DNA of 64,000 nucleotides from Chrysomallon squamiferum (taxonomy: Eukaryota; Animalia; Mollusca), in assembly GCA_012295275.1 (NCBI GenBank), contig CM022669.1:9486001-9550000 (forward strand). The letters run 5' to 3'. The position numbers and the translations under genes were made by a program. Position 1 is the stretch's first letter. Each line of letters begins with the position of its first letter. The notes beneath the pieces are model-generated. The model saw nothing but the letters and a program-made list of their open reading frames with translations, had not been told where the DNA came from and made no database searches. Shown here one piece after another: positions 1 through 49,383 of this stretch.

Positions 1-886
1 AAAAAAGGAGAAAAAGATAATGAAACAACCTCTTGAATTTTTAGAACCTATATATTTATTTATTTTGTGTATGTATTTATGCATTTATTTATTTATTTGT
101 TTGATTATTTGTTTGTTTATTTATTATCCCGTCACAGTAAATAATAATAAAAATATATATATATATCAGAAAATATATTTTGTATGAAATAATTGATTTA
201 TAATTACACGATGTAAGTACGTACGTACGTACAAAATATATATACATTTTCCAACACGTTTATAATTATAACCATTTGTACGCAATAAACAGTGGTGTGG
301 ATTAAACATGAATCAAGTACAAAATTGGCCGAGACACAAAATTAGGTTATATTTCATCCCCTGCATAGAAACCTCTTCATAAATTCTTTATTCTATCGTG
401 CCGGCTACTTCGGCTCGCTGAATCGCACGGTTCCCGGAGGAATTGCCAGGTTTAAAGCTAATCGCGAAATGGGCTGGCGCTTCAATTAAAGCTTTTTTTT
501 TTCCAATCGACAACACGGTGGCCATGTTTACTGTCTGTTCAATGTTTCATAAAGATCAAGAAAAAGAAAAAAAAAAAAAACAAAACAACATTAAAAAAAA
601 ACCAGCACGACACGCAGATCAAAGTCTGAATTTATGAATCAGTCGCTTTATTTTAAATTTAAACTAGACGTTTTAGTAAATGAGTAAGTGAATCAATAAA
701 TAATGATGATGACGACGACGATGATGATGATGATGATGATGATGATGGTGTTAATGATGGCGTTGTTGACGGTAATGATGATGAATACGATGATGATGAT
801 GAACAAAAGGAAACAGCGACAACAACTGTATCAAGTAGAAGAAAATGAACTACTACAACAACAGCGAGATAACGAAGACAAAAAAC

Positions 887-929
<43 letters not shown>

Positions 930-1056
930 TGTGATAATGATGACAATCAGATGAAGAAAAACAATAGCCAATACAAATAAAAGAAAGAATGGAAAAAAAA
1001 AAAAAAAAAGAAATGAAATAAAATAAAGCAATGAATGAAAACAGGAACGAAAATAA

Positions 1057-1183
1057 ATAAAAATAACTTGTATGCAGTTCTTGTAGCATTCAGTATAGCT
1101 TGATTATATACAGCAATAACTGCAAATAAAATAACTATGCAGTTCTTGTAGCATTCAGTACAGCTTGATTATATAAGCAATAA
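1057..1183. repeat. About 66-bp tandem duplication
   Basis: TATGCAGTTCTTGTAGCATTCAGTAYAGCTTGATTATATA twice. Confidence 0.9.
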
Positions 1184-1279
1184 CGCGCAGTCGTCTTTTT
1201 CCTGAAATTCATTCACAGAAATTAACGTATCGTTACCGATTTTGAATTGACATTTCCAAGTTCGTAAAGAAGTACATAA

Positions 1280-1480
1280 GAGTACCAATCTGACGAAGAG
1301 GATGTGCGCGTGCCAGGTTCAATCGGGCCGATCTCCGATCTGATTGGTCAAGGCTGACGTCTGCTTGATTGGCGTCCAGGCCCGCAGACAAGCAAGACGG
1401 ATGGCACGCGCAAAGCAGCCGACAAGTAGTTTGTTATCAAAGAAATATCGACTTGATGTTTGCAGTGAAAAATGGGTAAA
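1280..1480 (+). promoter_or_regulatory. Candidate promoter / first non-coding exon of the Ig gene
   Basis: GC/CpG-rich island with CCAAT boxes (1285; ATTGG at 1343 and 1368), CRE-like TGACGTCT at 1355, and donor-like TGG|GTAAAT at 1476. Confidence 0.45.
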
Positions 1481-1918
1481 TGTTAATTTAATGTATTGAC
1501 GAAACTATTTACAGATCAAAGGAGAGATTGCTTTGTCAACGTGACCGAACAGTTGTTCTTTCTGTTATTATTATTATTATTTCCATTTTTTTTTTTTTTA
1601 TTGGCTTTGAATTTTATTTCTAAAGCAATCGTTTCTAGTTCTTTTTTTTTTTTTTCTTTTTTATTTATTTCTAATTTTTGTATTATGTTGCAGGTACAAA
1701 AGATGTAAGAATTTTTTTTTTTAGAAAAAAAAAAACAGAAATGGTAAAAGAAAGAAATAAAAGTTAGAGTTTTCTATTTATTTATTTATTTTTATTTATT
1801 TGTTTGCTTGTATGTTTGTTTGTTTTTCTGTATTTTTTTGTTTGTTTGTTTCTTAAAAACTGGAAACTAAATAAGTATTTTCTGGCTGTTATTTATTATT
1901 AGCATCATTATTATCAGT

Positions 1919-1955
<37 letters not shown>

Positions 1956-2269
1956 CTAACATATGTGCCTTTATGCGTATGTATTCGTTAGATTGCTATA
2001 AAACGTACAGACATATGTATACAATTCTCACTGTTCCTTTTTTTTCATTTCTTTTTCAGGTCAGAACAGACATAAAAAGAAGTTCAAAAATTCTCAAAAT
2101 AAGGTAGAGAAATGCTTAAAGAACCCACATATTTAAAAAAATTGTTAATGGGCGCCTGTCGTGTACTTGTTCAGATTAATGGCGTCCCACGTGAATTATT
2201 CAACCTATGGATTGTCCTTCATTGAGCAGAGAAAAAAAAAAACACACAGCAGAGTCTGAATAGTTAATT

Positions 2270-2480
2270 TCACCACCTATCGGTCTGTACAGGGGCGGAG
2301 CAAGTTCTCCCGTTCTTGGAAGTAACGTTTCGCTCGTAATCAGACCACCTCCAGAGAGCGCTGGGGGGATCACGTGTTCGACGTAGCCGTCGTTGTTGTA
2401 GTCATGTGGCGCGACGTCGTCGGCAATATGACATGGAACGTACGTGTGATGCTGTTGTTGTTGTTGTTGTTGTGACAGAA
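2270..2480 (+). promoter_or_regulatory. CpG-rich proximal promoter / 5' UTR upstream of coding exon 1
   Basis: GC box GGGGCGGAG (about 2292), CACGTG E-box (about 2371), dense CpG in an AT-rich background. Confidence 0.4.
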
Positions 2481-2481
2481 A

Positions 2482-36002
<33,521 letters not shown>

Positions 36003-38222
36003 TGAACGGAAACGAAAGGAATTTCGGGAAGGTTTTGCTCTCCTTTAAAAGAAGAAACTCCCCGTGAAGGTCAGACGAGGTCAAACTGGCAGTGGTAAAT
36101 CGTAGTGCCTACTGGCTGTAAATCCATCATGTTCATGAACTAACTAGTCTTGTTGTCTTCGAAGGGTTTTCTGACTAAACCAGAGTTTGTGTCACGACAG
36201 GCGTGCATGGACCATTTTTAACGGAAGCATGTCTCAAGTTACTTCACCTCTGTGAATTTGTCGTTAGGAAAATGATGGACGGAAGAATAACTGTGATATG
36301 TTTTAATTGTTGTGCATGTAACTGAAGTAATTTATGTATAGAGTTCTGTTCCTAACCGTCAAAGCCTCTGAATTACGTCAACAGAACAGTTTTAACAAAC
36401 AGGGATAAAAACAAAATTTGATTTTATGGTATCCGGATTTTTGAAACAGTAATTCTTGACCTTGGAATCAAAATACCAGGATGCTGAAAACGGAAAAAAA
36501 AAAAGGGATGTTGAAAACGAAGGACCCGGATGTTCTAAAGAAACAGGCTGGAAGTGAGTTGTATATTTTGAACAAAAAGAGACTTAAATAACTGGCTTGG
36601 ATTTCCAAACAGATTTTCTATACGGGGTAAGGAATGTCGAGCATTTTGAAAATGAAATATTCCGAGTATTGGAAGCAAATTATTCAGATTGTCTGAAGAC
36701 TAAACATTCAAATCGAAACATTCAGTTAATGTTCTGGATTTTTTGAAGCTTTCCAATATTTTATGTTTGGTTTTTTTTCTGAGGATACGGGCTTGCTATG
36801 CGGGACTGTGCTGATATACATGTATGTATCTTGAACGTTGTAAATATTACAAATTAATAAATTATTGACGTTTTCACTTATGAAGGATAGCAGTAGCGAG
36901 ATAAAAATAAATAATTATGAGAAAAGAACATGTTTTTCGAGTATTAAACTGTTTATTTTGACTTCATACAAAGTTTAAAATGAGTCGACGATATCTCTTT
37001 GATTATCAAAGACTGGTTTCCTTGGGACAGTGTTGACGAAACGTTTGAGACAAGCAGGAGTTTTCAAGACACAAATAAAATTAAAACAGATAGGAAAAGA
37101 ACGAAAGGATAAAAAGGTTTATCATATGCAGATATTCATTAACGAAGGAATTAATGTTAATATATCTTCCATAGATGTAAATAAATATATAGACAAACAT
37201 ACAAAAATATAGAAAAAAAATACCAGAAGCACAGACAAAATTTGGAAACAAAGCTATAGAAACAAATACACACACATACACACCAATTTAGAGTTTTTAT
37301 ACAGAAATATTCACATATTTGCACAACTGCAAAGATAAACAAAGGCTAAACAATATGCTAATAAAGACACACACTCACTCCCGGGGACACAAAGACACAG
37401 AGACACACAAAACACACATAATTATGTGCATGTATTATGTGCTTGGTTGACTAAATAAACTCGCACACAAATAAAACACTAAAATAAAAAAAACATGCAC
37501 TTTACCTAATTTTTCAAAACTACTGTTTTCCTCAAGACATCGCAGTCAACACGATTAAAGTTCTGTGACGTAATTAAATAAAACTGAACATACGCGAGCT
37601 AACAAAATCTAAAAAGATCGGACAAATGATACAGCCAGTAAATTTATCAGCAAACACAATTAACCAAGAAAAAATAACTTTACAGTCCGTAAACATGCTT
37701 AATTACATCAAAACAAGAAATTATAGTTGTAAATGAAGTGTGACCGCATAGTCAAAACTAGTTTGTGATACACAATTAAATCAAATAATATGAATGCAGT
37801 TAGGGTCCGCTGATTGAGATAAAACACGTAATTTTTCAGAAAACTTGTAGATCTCAACACACTGCCATTTTGTCTGTTAAAGATAACTCTATAGATGATA
37901 ACTTTCGTCTTGGAAAATAAATTTGTTATCGTTTAAAAATAAAGAAAATGTGAACTTATCTGCACACACGCACTTGTTCATCATTGACAAAATTAACTTT
38001 TGAGTGGTTCATCCATCCTTGATATTCGCAAACAAACCTACCAGAATATGTCACTTGTTTGAATACAAATGTACACACGCACATATATATACATAGTGGA
38101 ACACATGAATATATACCCCACATTGACACACCTAAATAAATATGTTAAGGTTCATTCATCACCGCAAAACCTCTCTCTTTCTTTCACACACACCCACACT
38201 CTCACCCCCACTCCCACCCCCT

Positions 38223-38277
<55 letters not shown>

Positions 38278-39030
38278 ATGTAAACATACATATTAATATT
38301 TACGAATGTTGAAGATAAAAAAAAGAATTCATGTTATTGAATTGTCCGGCTTAACGTATTTCTCTGTTACAGAGACTTATATAACAAATGTCAACCATTT
38401 TGCCTGAAGAAATAACCAACTGGTTTTTTAGCCTAGTGTAATAACGATCAACTGTATGCAAATGGAGAAAGTAATTATGAAACCATTTGTAATATATTCA
38501 TCCGCTTAACGTCTGGAAATAAAAAAATCATTTATTCAAATAATTTCATTTATACATCATTTGACAATCCCACCCATTCATTGTATGTGGTAACAATATT
38601 TATTATCATTGATTAAAAATTGTTCCCTTGTTTGTCTCATTTTCATATTTTCCTTATATAGTACAAATAACCATCAACATTTGAATGGGACCATGCAGTT
38701 AAGACGATTCTAGAAATGAAGTAGTGTAGAATGTTGCATGTATTATCATTCATATTTTGTGTAAATAAATAAATAAATAAATATTAGAACTCTTTACGAA
38801 TTTTTCTTTAATTTGAGTCTAATTCTATTTTACGATTGATGCGTTTGTATGTGTGTCTATGGTGTCTGTGTGTGTTAATCTGTGTATGCGTTTGTATTTA
38901 TGCATTCATGATACATGAATAATAATTTAACATATGTGTGTGTATTTTTTAGTAAGTTAGATAATTATCTTGTTTTAATGCGCTTGTATGTATTATTCGT
39001 GTGTTTCTGTACGATTGAGTATAAGTGTGC

Positions 39031-39158
<128 letters not shown>

Positions 39159-39759
39159 AAAATGGCTGTGATAAATGATGGCAAATTGCTGCTTAATGTG
39201 AAATGCTGAAGATTTTATCAACCTGTCTGTTTTAATTCTGTAAATACTAGTATCAAAACCTTGGCTTTTTGTTAAAATGACCGTCACCGGAACTAATTCT
39301 ACAAAAATGTTACAACAATAATTAAATACAGAAAAGTGGATTGTCATTTAATTCACACAATAATACTTCTTCAGCATAGCTTTGTTGTGTATAATTTTCT
39401 TGTTTTATGTTTGAAATGTTACTTGTGTATCTGCAATAAACTGGAAATACCTTTCAAGTTCTTCATCGAAGAAATATGTTAATAAATAATGTTTTGTGTT
39501 TACTTTTATACTTTTTTGTGCAACTTGTTTATATATGTGTATGTGTTTTCTTTCGTTTATTATCTTATAATTATTTTGTTTCATAAATGTTATGCCAAAC
39601 TCTTTAAGCATTTTAATCAATAAAATTAACACTAATGATATTGCTTAATTTTACCCAAAAGGGAAATAACTTTTGATGGAATCTTTAGAATGATCTAAAT
39701 CTTTTGACAGCAAAACGAATATAAGTGAAAGATGGGCTACAGAGAACTAAGAGATAGAG

Positions 39760-39820
<61 letters not shown>

Positions 39821-41125
39821 CTATTTAACCTCGTGTAACAAGCAAAATACATCAAACACTTGTACAGTAAAAGAAACTAAGTAATCAAGAAATTCACGAA
39901 ACACTGAGATATTTCAGTCTGACAAAAACGACTCAGAATATTTTAAAACATTTTTATACTCTAATGAGGTAATAACGACCAGTCAAAAAAAAAAAAAACA
40001 AGAAAAAGAAAGAAACCTGTGTAAAATGGACCACCGCCGATTCTGCATTTGAAAAAACAATCAGTAAAAAAAATGATGAACAAGAGCAATGGCCCACATA
40101 CACTTCACGCATCATTAGTAGAATGGTGTAACCTAACCAGAGTTAAACCACTGAAATAGTCACAGCATTTGTTAACTACATAACACTGGAAGACGCATGG
40201 AAAAAAGAAGGCGCGTGCAAATTAGGCATTTGAGAGCGACTCACGCTCGTGCGTTTCAAAGCGTGTTGACTGCACGGTAGTCAACAAGAGCGACGGAAAC
40301 AAGCTCGCTTGTTACAGCGAGATTTATGTCAGCACGTGACCGCCATGGTTAGTAGGTAATTGCGCTTAATACTGTTTACTTTGTTCAGAGTTTCCTTGGT
40401 TTTTCTTTTCGCGGCTTTTTTCTATGATATTTTCTTACTTTTTTGTTGTGTTTGGCCCAAAATGTTTGACTTAGGAACAGCTGAAATAAGTTATTTCTGA
40501 GATGAAAAGCACGTGTTAAAGGAACTTGCAGTATCGTGTGCAGAAGGAGGCTAAGTGATTTTTAACCCGAGACGTCAAGGATCACAGGATCCACTCCACT
40601 CCGCGAGTTTGTACAAGTTTTCAGTTAGTGGCAGATCTGAGTTGTGTCGTCTTAGCAAAACGTCTTCCTATATGACGTGTCCGTTTGTGCGTTTTGTTCA
40701 CACCTGTGTCTACGATCTGTCTGCGATGTTATCTATGTTAAACTGTGATTTTGTGATTTAGAGATACACGCAAATATATATCATATGTGTGTGAAGCAAT
40801 GCATTCTATTTTTAAATAGAACGAAATAGGAACAGAAAATAAACATAGGTATTATCATCATCTTCATCATTAGAACTGTTGTTATTATTATTGAGGCTAT
40901 TTTGTTCTTCCCTTCATCAACAGCATCATCATCATTATCATCATTTTCTTCTTCTTCGTAATATTCGCTACACTGCAGCCTTTGTAATCTTTAAATCTAT
41001 AATAAAAAAAAAAAAATATATATATATATATATAAAGCAAACATAAACAAAACTTGCACTAAACTTAACCTTGCATGACCAGAAGAAGAAAGACAAAACA
41101 ATGCACGAGACCACACAACATGCAC

Positions 41126-41208
41126 TGCATGACCAAAACATGTTTGTGACGTGCACTAAGACGGCACTGAATGACCAAAACATGTTTGTGACGTGCACTA
41201 AGACGGCA
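41126..41208. repeat. 42-bp tandem duplication
   Basis: ATGACCAAAACATGTTTGTGACGTGCACTAAGACGGCA twice. Confidence 0.92.
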
Positions 41209-41549
41209 GTTCATCTTGTCTCACGGGAACGTTTGAATCCGTGACGTCTTACACAAACAGTTGTTATTCTGACGTTTCCGTTTACTAGCTAAACTACAAA
41301 CCTTGAGCTGATTTCACTCTGCCGTGTTATTAACTTTCTCACCTGTTCGTTTTTGTCTTTTAATCTTATAATTAAATAAGCAACACTTTTATTTATGTAG
41401 TTGATATGATAGGTGATACGATATTTTGGTGTCTTTTATTTTTATTTTTAGGTTCTTTTGTTTTTTATATTTATTTAATCGTTTTTTTTTTTTTTTTTAT
41501 TTATTTATTTTTTTTATTTTTTGTTTATTTATTTGATTATTTGTTTCTA

Positions 41550-41613
<64 letters not shown>

Positions 41614-41918
41614 TCTTGTTATTATTGTTACCATTAAGAGGTAATAATCTGTCATTTTTTAAAGCCATTCTTCCATGTTTGTTTATGTTTGATGGTTAAG
41701 TTGTACAAAGACCTCATTGACCAGTTTTCCTTGTTTAAATATTTAACATGTTTTTATCCAGTGAGGTCGAAATTCTCAACGTGTTATTTTTTGTTTACCT
41801 AAGTACCGTTAACTAAGGTAATATCTCATAATGGTTTTACCTTATCACTCTGACCCATTTAGTAATGTCTGTTACTGTTGCTGCTGCTATTATTATTAAT
41901 ATTAGTAGTAGTAGTAGA

Positions 41919-41975
<57 letters not shown>

Positions 41976-42999
41976 TGCGTGTGTATAAGCTGTATATAAA
42001 ATATTCTTATATTCAAAAACCAGAAACGATTCCAAAATCCGATAACATTTTTCAGCGTCGTGCAGAATTTCGAATAATTTATTCTCAGACCGTAGTAGCA
42101 AAATCTCTTTCTTTTATCTTTTATTAATTTTCACATTAAATCAACACATTAATAAAGTATACAACGATGCTTGATAACGGTGCCTTTGTTCATTTTGGTT
42201 TAAAGAAGAAAACACAACAGAACTGCAAGGCCACGAGGAAAACCCGTGACAAGAGGCAGTGCTCGGGAGACGAGACAAGGTGTGGTTCGTGTTAATTACT
42301 CGTTATCTCTCCTCGTCAAACTTCTGTACAGTCTGCCGCACTGACAACTGTGGAAAATGAATAATTCATACATGCATGGTGGGTGAGTAAATAACTGCAG
42401 CTTTTATTAACTTCTGTTGGCCTCCCAAGATCTGGAAAATGTTTTGTAAAAACTGGAATAATAAAAAGTTGAATACAACAGCAACAACTAAAGCAACTAC
42501 TGCTACCCACCATCGCCAGAACTACTGCTACTTTTACTACTACTACTACTACTACTACTACTAATACTACTACTACTAGTAGTAGTAATAATAATAACTA
42601 CACAACAGTAATGACAACAATAACAACAACCATAACAGCAATAATAATAACAATAATGATGATAATGAAGATGAAGATGTTATTGATGATGATGAAGATA
42701 ATTTCATTTACCATGCAACGGTTTTATTTCAATATCGTTTATAACAATTATGTCTTATTAAAATGTTTTGTATAAGAGCCGAAATCATTTATAATATAGT
42801 TCTTAGCTGAACAGCCATTTGATGTTTATAACAGGAGAAAGACTGGGAGGGCGTACTTGAAAATCGACATTTTAACCGTCTGTATTAAATGTCGTTGTTC
42901 TATTATAGGTCGCCATGAAGTCGACTTAAACAAATGGATCTGAAATCGCAGTTTGTATCATATTTGTAGTTATCTCCCTTCATCTATTATAGCAAGTGA

Positions 43000-43048
<49 letters not shown>

Positions 43049-43606
43049 GTTATTGTTGTTGTTGTTGTTATTGCTGTTGTTGCTATTATTATTATTACTG
43101 TTGTTAATGTTGTGATTGTAGTTATTATTGTTGTTATTATTATCATAATCATTATATTATTTTATTTTTTATATTTCATTCGAATATGTGTCATTAGAAA
43201 ATAAATACTGGTTTATTTTTCTTTCATTTCTATCAAAATATATTTATCTTCCATTGTCTCCATAAGGAAATGTGTTAGTTAGAGGTTCAGTTTTGATTGA
43301 TGACACCTGAGATGTTATCAGTTTCTTAATTTTGCTTCATGGAATTTTATGTTTGGTATTTTTTAATTATTTCATAATTTTTATTTATTTAATTCAAGAA
43401 AAAGAAAGAAAGAAAGAAAGAAAAAAAGAAAAAGAAAATAATTGTTCCTTTGCGTAATTGTATTTGTCTAGCAGTTGACGAGATAAAAAAACAAACAAAA
43501 AAATACGTGAAGGAAAAACAAATAATTAATCATGTTTTACATGATTAAACCATTACTTCTTGTAACGTTATTAAGTTTATCTCAATCTTCTTCTATCTTT
43601 TTTTTT

Positions 43607-43637
<31 letters not shown>

Positions 43638-45194
43638 ACATTATTTTACAATCTTTTTTTTTTTGTCTTTGCAAGTGAAACAGAAAAAAAAAACGCGTTA
43701 CCACTTAAATACATCTGAGATGACTTTATAATCACAAAACAGCACCGTGCAAATTCTGCCACGTAACGAACATTGCCACTTACAAGAAATATGCTGCTTG
43801 CAAATCGGTTGCTTTTTGCCCAGAATAGAATAATGATAAACATTCATTAGCTGTATTAATTACTCTCCAATTTGGCGGAGGCTGCGAGGAAGAAATCCGA
43901 CATTTTTCCAGCTTTTGTGCTGAAGAAAACGGAGAGGTTTGCGTGGATCCAGAAAGGTGGCTGACTGCACCCGTCTTATTTTTATCTCCGATTATTGCTA
44001 TCATTAATTAATATTATTAGTGTTGTAATGTTTCTGTGTTAATAGTTTTGCTGTTGTTGTTGTTGTTATTTACTTATTTATCTTTCTATTTCTCTATCAA
44101 TCTATCTGTCTGTCTGTCTTTCTATGTATTTATCTGTTTGTTATTGATATTATTATTATTATTATTGTTGTTGTTATTATTATTATTATTATTATTATGG
44201 TTTTTATTATTATTACTGTTGTTGCTATGTATATTCTTGCTATTCTTGTTGTCATTATCGTCATCATCATCTTCATTATTTATTTATTTGTTTGTTTATT
44301 TGTTTATTTATTTATTTAATGTTATTTTGTTATTGTTGTTATTTTGCTAATCAGGAAATTATCCCGTTCTAACCCATTTTTCACTGAAACCCTCCACCCA
44401 CACCGTTTTCTTTTTCTTCTCAACATTTTGCTAAAATGAGAGCCGAATGAATTTGTGGATGTAAAGATTCAACACAGTGAGTCGGTGAGTATGTATTACT
44501 CACTGAACTATGCAAACAACGTCACAAACCTCTTGGCTTCATCTCAGTACGTCTTCAAAAAACTCTTCATATATATTCCACGTAGTAAACGAACAATTAG
44601 AGTTTGAATCTGATACGCGAGCTATTTTCCGTGTGTAAATAAACTGTAAGTGTTTTTGTACGGGACCAGCTTACACTTAATTTACTGCAGAAGGGAAGAA
44701 TTAATATGTGAAAGGTTTTTTGTAAATCAGATATGATTAGTAACAAGTCGCTATGAGAAATGTATCAGTGTAATATTTTTATAGAAATTTTCTATGAACA
44801 GGTTTTGTATTTTATGAAAGCCAAGATATAATGCGTGTTGGATTTCTTTTATTGCGTTAATCGAAATTAATTTATTTTCCAAGAACAAATAACTCATGAA
44901 ACGCCTTTATTTGCTTTTATATATCTGTTATAAACAATTCGAGATGCGTTTTGTTAAAAGTAATAAAAGTGTAGACTAGAGAGAAATTTCTGTTCAGAAA
45001 TAATAATTTATTGTTGGTATGATAAACGAGAATTTATTTGTTTTGGTTTTTATTAATAGTTATTTCCATTTATTATATTTTATTATACTTTATTTATTTC
45101 TTTGTTTGTTTACTTTTTTTTATTGATACATTTGATGATGAACTGAACATGTTTCTGTATAGCCAGTAAGATAAAAGTATGTGTGTGTGTGTGT

Positions 45195-45326
<132 letters not shown>

Positions 45327-46010
45327 GAAATCTGTTAAAAATATCAAACTATTTACAACTCAGAACAATTCCACTGTAATTAAGAAAAAAGATTATTTGA
45401 AAAAACATAAAAAGGAAAAAGAAAGCACCATTCAAGTGTTGCAGTAAGAACTGGTTTAAAATCCTAAGCTGATTAATCATTGTTAACAAAAAATAATAGA
45501 ACATATACGTCACATTAACAATTTAGCTAGGTAAGTAATTTACCGTCAAGATATGTGGAAAATTAACATTTTCCTGGATTTCTGTTTGTCAACTCAGCAC
45601 ATTTTTCATGTGATAACAAGTGTGGTTATGAGAGTCGTGCAGTTTGCACATTGTTAACTCACAGTTTTTAATGATAACACGATATGAGAGAATTCGGAAA
45701 CTTTGGCTTGATGTAAGTATGTTACAAAGAAAAGAAAAACAGTATGATAATGTGTTCGGTGTTGTTATGTAACAGCTTTTAGCGTAAGAATTAGTAGTCA
45801 AGACACACAGTTCTTCAATATTCCCAAAAGAAAACTAGAATTTGAATATAACTACTGGTTGCTGTATTTAGTAATATGAACAACAACGAAATAATTAGCA
45901 AGTATACACAAAATAATTAGTAAATATTTATTCGTTTATTTCCACGATGTGTGTATCGTCACAGTTTGAATTACTCGTATTGAAATGGCTCGCGCGCGCG
46001 CGCGCAAACA

Positions 46011-46070
<60 letters not shown>

Positions 46071-46166
46071 CAACAACACACACACACGAACATGAAACTC
46101 TCTCAGCTGAGAGAGTCGGAGAGATTCGTAAAGTCCGGATGTTCTTATTTCAGCTGTAAAGAGATG

Positions 46167-46214
46167 ATGACGTAACGTCATTGTCTATGACGTAACGTTA
46201 TTGTCTATGACGTC
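46167..46214. repeat. 20-bp tandem repeat (2.4 copies) of bZIP-like sites
   Basis: ATGACGTAACGTYATTGTCT x2 plus ATGACGTC. Confidence 0.85.
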
Positions 46215-47532
46215 GAGGAGAGAAACGGTACTGGAGTGAAGCTGATTTCTTTTAAAGAAGGATACAATGGATGCATCTGACAATTTTCAGGTAAATGTTA
46301 ATTCACGTTTTATTTCCTTAACCTGTTTGTCTTTATCGTTATTATTTATCATGGCATTTGGCATTTAAAGATCTTCCCCTTGAATGTTATCAAGAAAAGA
46401 TTAACCAGTGATATATATATAGTATTAGTTTGAGTTAATACCATTGTTTATCCTATACGTTCATCTCATTTTATATTAACATTAAAATCGTCAGATTATT
46501 ACCATTGTCATCATCATGATCCTTATTAATTTTGATAAACCGTGGAATTAAAATGTGTTAAACACTGTTTCCGGGATATTTACATTAAAACTATACACGT
46601 GTATATTTTTGACATTCATAATTATGTCGCCTGCAAATATCTATAATCGGCCAACAATGCTGTAACACGCGAAAAGAAAGAAGATATTATTTTTATTATT
46701 TATTAAAAAAATAAGTGTTATTAATCCTTTTAAATATCGATAAACATATTGTATACGTGCCTTCGTTTTAATTTCCTGCTGATCTCTATTATTATTTCTT
46801 CTTCTTTTTTTTTTTTTTTTTTTTTTTTTTTGTTGTTGTTGACATTAGACTGAAATAGCGTGATAAATAACTTAGTGTTTTGTCATGGAATCAATTTTCT
46901 CTCGCTTGCTGACTCACGAAATAACTCTGTTATTTCTGACTGACCGGATCACATCAAACTGACAGGTACACAAGCGAAAAAAATCACGATATAACTTACA
47001 CCTTGCACCTAACACTTGTTTACGCAAAGAACTAAAACCGTTCGGTTTTGGGGTATTTTAGATAACCTCTCTGAGAATCTAAAGAAAAGAAACAGTGACA
47101 AATGTAGATAATATATGTGACGTCATATTCTTTGAGAAATAATACAACAAATAAAGTAAATCGGTAATGACAGCCAAGTTGGAAACATGGTTTGCTGTTT
47201 CTTTTTTTTTTTTCTTTCTTCTTCTTCCCTTTTTTTCTTCAGATTTGTTACAAGAAAAGTAAAAACAGTTTTTACCTATGAAGTAGGTAATGATACTACT
47301 GTGTATTTCTGTTTAAATGTTAGAAACCTAATTAAGCAGTGTCAGAAAGAATGGCAAAATCGCACACAATCAAACTTCAGTGTAAGAGAGATTGACCATC
47401 CTCCTGTTATCAATTACAAAAACCAATTTTCTGTGCTTTCCTCCCGGGTATATATATTTCTAAGTATGTAAATATGTATGTATTAGAATTTGAATATTCT
47501 GTGTATTATGTACGTCTGATTAGACTCTGCGC

Positions 47533-47568
<36 letters not shown>

Positions 47569-48909
47569 ATATGTATGTCTGTATGTCTGTATGTATGTAT
47601 GTATGTATGTATTCATACATACGTACATCTCTCTATATGTAAACTGGATTAAAATATCAAAAACAATTATCTAAATGTTTTGGGTCTTTTTCTCTTTTTT
47701 TTTGAACTTTTCATTACAAGAACAGTATTAACATTGTGCTATTATTCGCTTCAGGAAAGTATATCCGTGGATTTATTTAGAACAAAGAAAAAAACCTTAT
47801 AACATAAAACCTGAAATTAAATCACCTAAAACCACAGTTAATTCATATTGATCACTACTAAGCAGAGATTATATTTCCATCTCTGGTGATATTTCACTTT
47901 TCTTAACAACTTCGTCTTTTCATATGTTCCTAAGAAATATCAGAATATTCTTGTATGTAAATGTGTCTGTGAGCATATTTATATATGTGTACGGATGTAT
48001 ATATATATTAGTGCTTGTATGTGTTCATGTATGTATGTATGTATGTATGTATGTACGAATGTATGTATGTATGTATGTATGTATGTATGTATGTATATAT
48101 GTACGAATGTATGTATGTACGTATGTATGTATGTATATATGTACGAATGTATGTATGTATTTATGCATGTATGTATGTATGTATAAAAATGTAAATATTA
48201 TTTATGTATGTGTAAGTGTATTGCCCGTCTTTAAATAAATTCGCGCGCTCGCACACACACACACACACACACACAGACACACACGTATAGATAGATATAT
48301 ATATTATACAGACAGATAGATATCTAGGTAGATAGGTAGACAGGTAGACAGACAAATAGATAGATAGGTAGGTAGTTTGGTAAATAATCAAACGTAAGAC
48401 CTATTTGTCTGACTATATACCATCAAATTATAACTCTATGTAATTTCAGCAGACATCCAGTTATGAATTTTAATACACCGTGTACTTCACCAGAACCTTG
48501 TTTTATGACATTTTTAATTTACATTTTTTTCTATTTCTTCTAAAACATGCTGTCGTCACTGAAGCTGTTAGACGCTTTTGCGGCTGATAACGATTTGGTT
48601 CTTACATCAAAGAAATGTTATGGAAATCACGGCAGGGATTTCGTCGTAAATTAAAACTAAAAAACCCAGAGCAAGAACATCTGTTAAATCTGAATCTGAG
48701 GTAGTCCGCGTTACGTAATTTCATTTGGGTAATGAAAACTAATTATAACTTATATTCGTCACTATTTTTATACAAAAAAAAAAAAAATAATATTCATAAA
48801 AAAAAAAATAAAAAAAAAATAAAAATAATAATAACTTTAATAATAAAATAAATAAAATAAAATAAAATAAAAATATTATTATAAATACAACAACAACAAC
48901 AACAACAAC

Positions 48910-48974
<65 letters not shown>

Positions 48975-49343
48975 TGATGATGAAATAAAAAAATAAATTA
49001 AGTAAAAATATGCAGAAGAGTATCTTTGAAGCAGTTTAAAAAAAATATCTAGTTTAATTCTGAAATATATCAGTAATAAAAAATGTATTTGTCTGTCTGT
49101 ACGTGCATTATCAGTATATAAAAGTAATTCAAAATTTCAGTAATATTAATAGTTGAGATGGTGGTGGCGTTGGTCATAATAATACTAGTTGTAGTAGTAC
49201 TGATATGTAGCAATAGCAGTAGTAGTAGTAGTAGTAGCAACAGCAGTAGTAGTAGTGGTAATAATAGTAGTAGAAGTAAATGTAGTGTAGTAGTAGTAGT
49301 AGTAGTAATAGTAGCAGCAGTAGTAGTAGAGGTAGTAATAGTA

Positions 49344-49383
<40 letters not shown>

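Noticed and set aside
43870-43980. Cys-containing open stretch FGGGCEEEIRHF…
   Set aside because: No start codon, credible splice pair or recognisable motif
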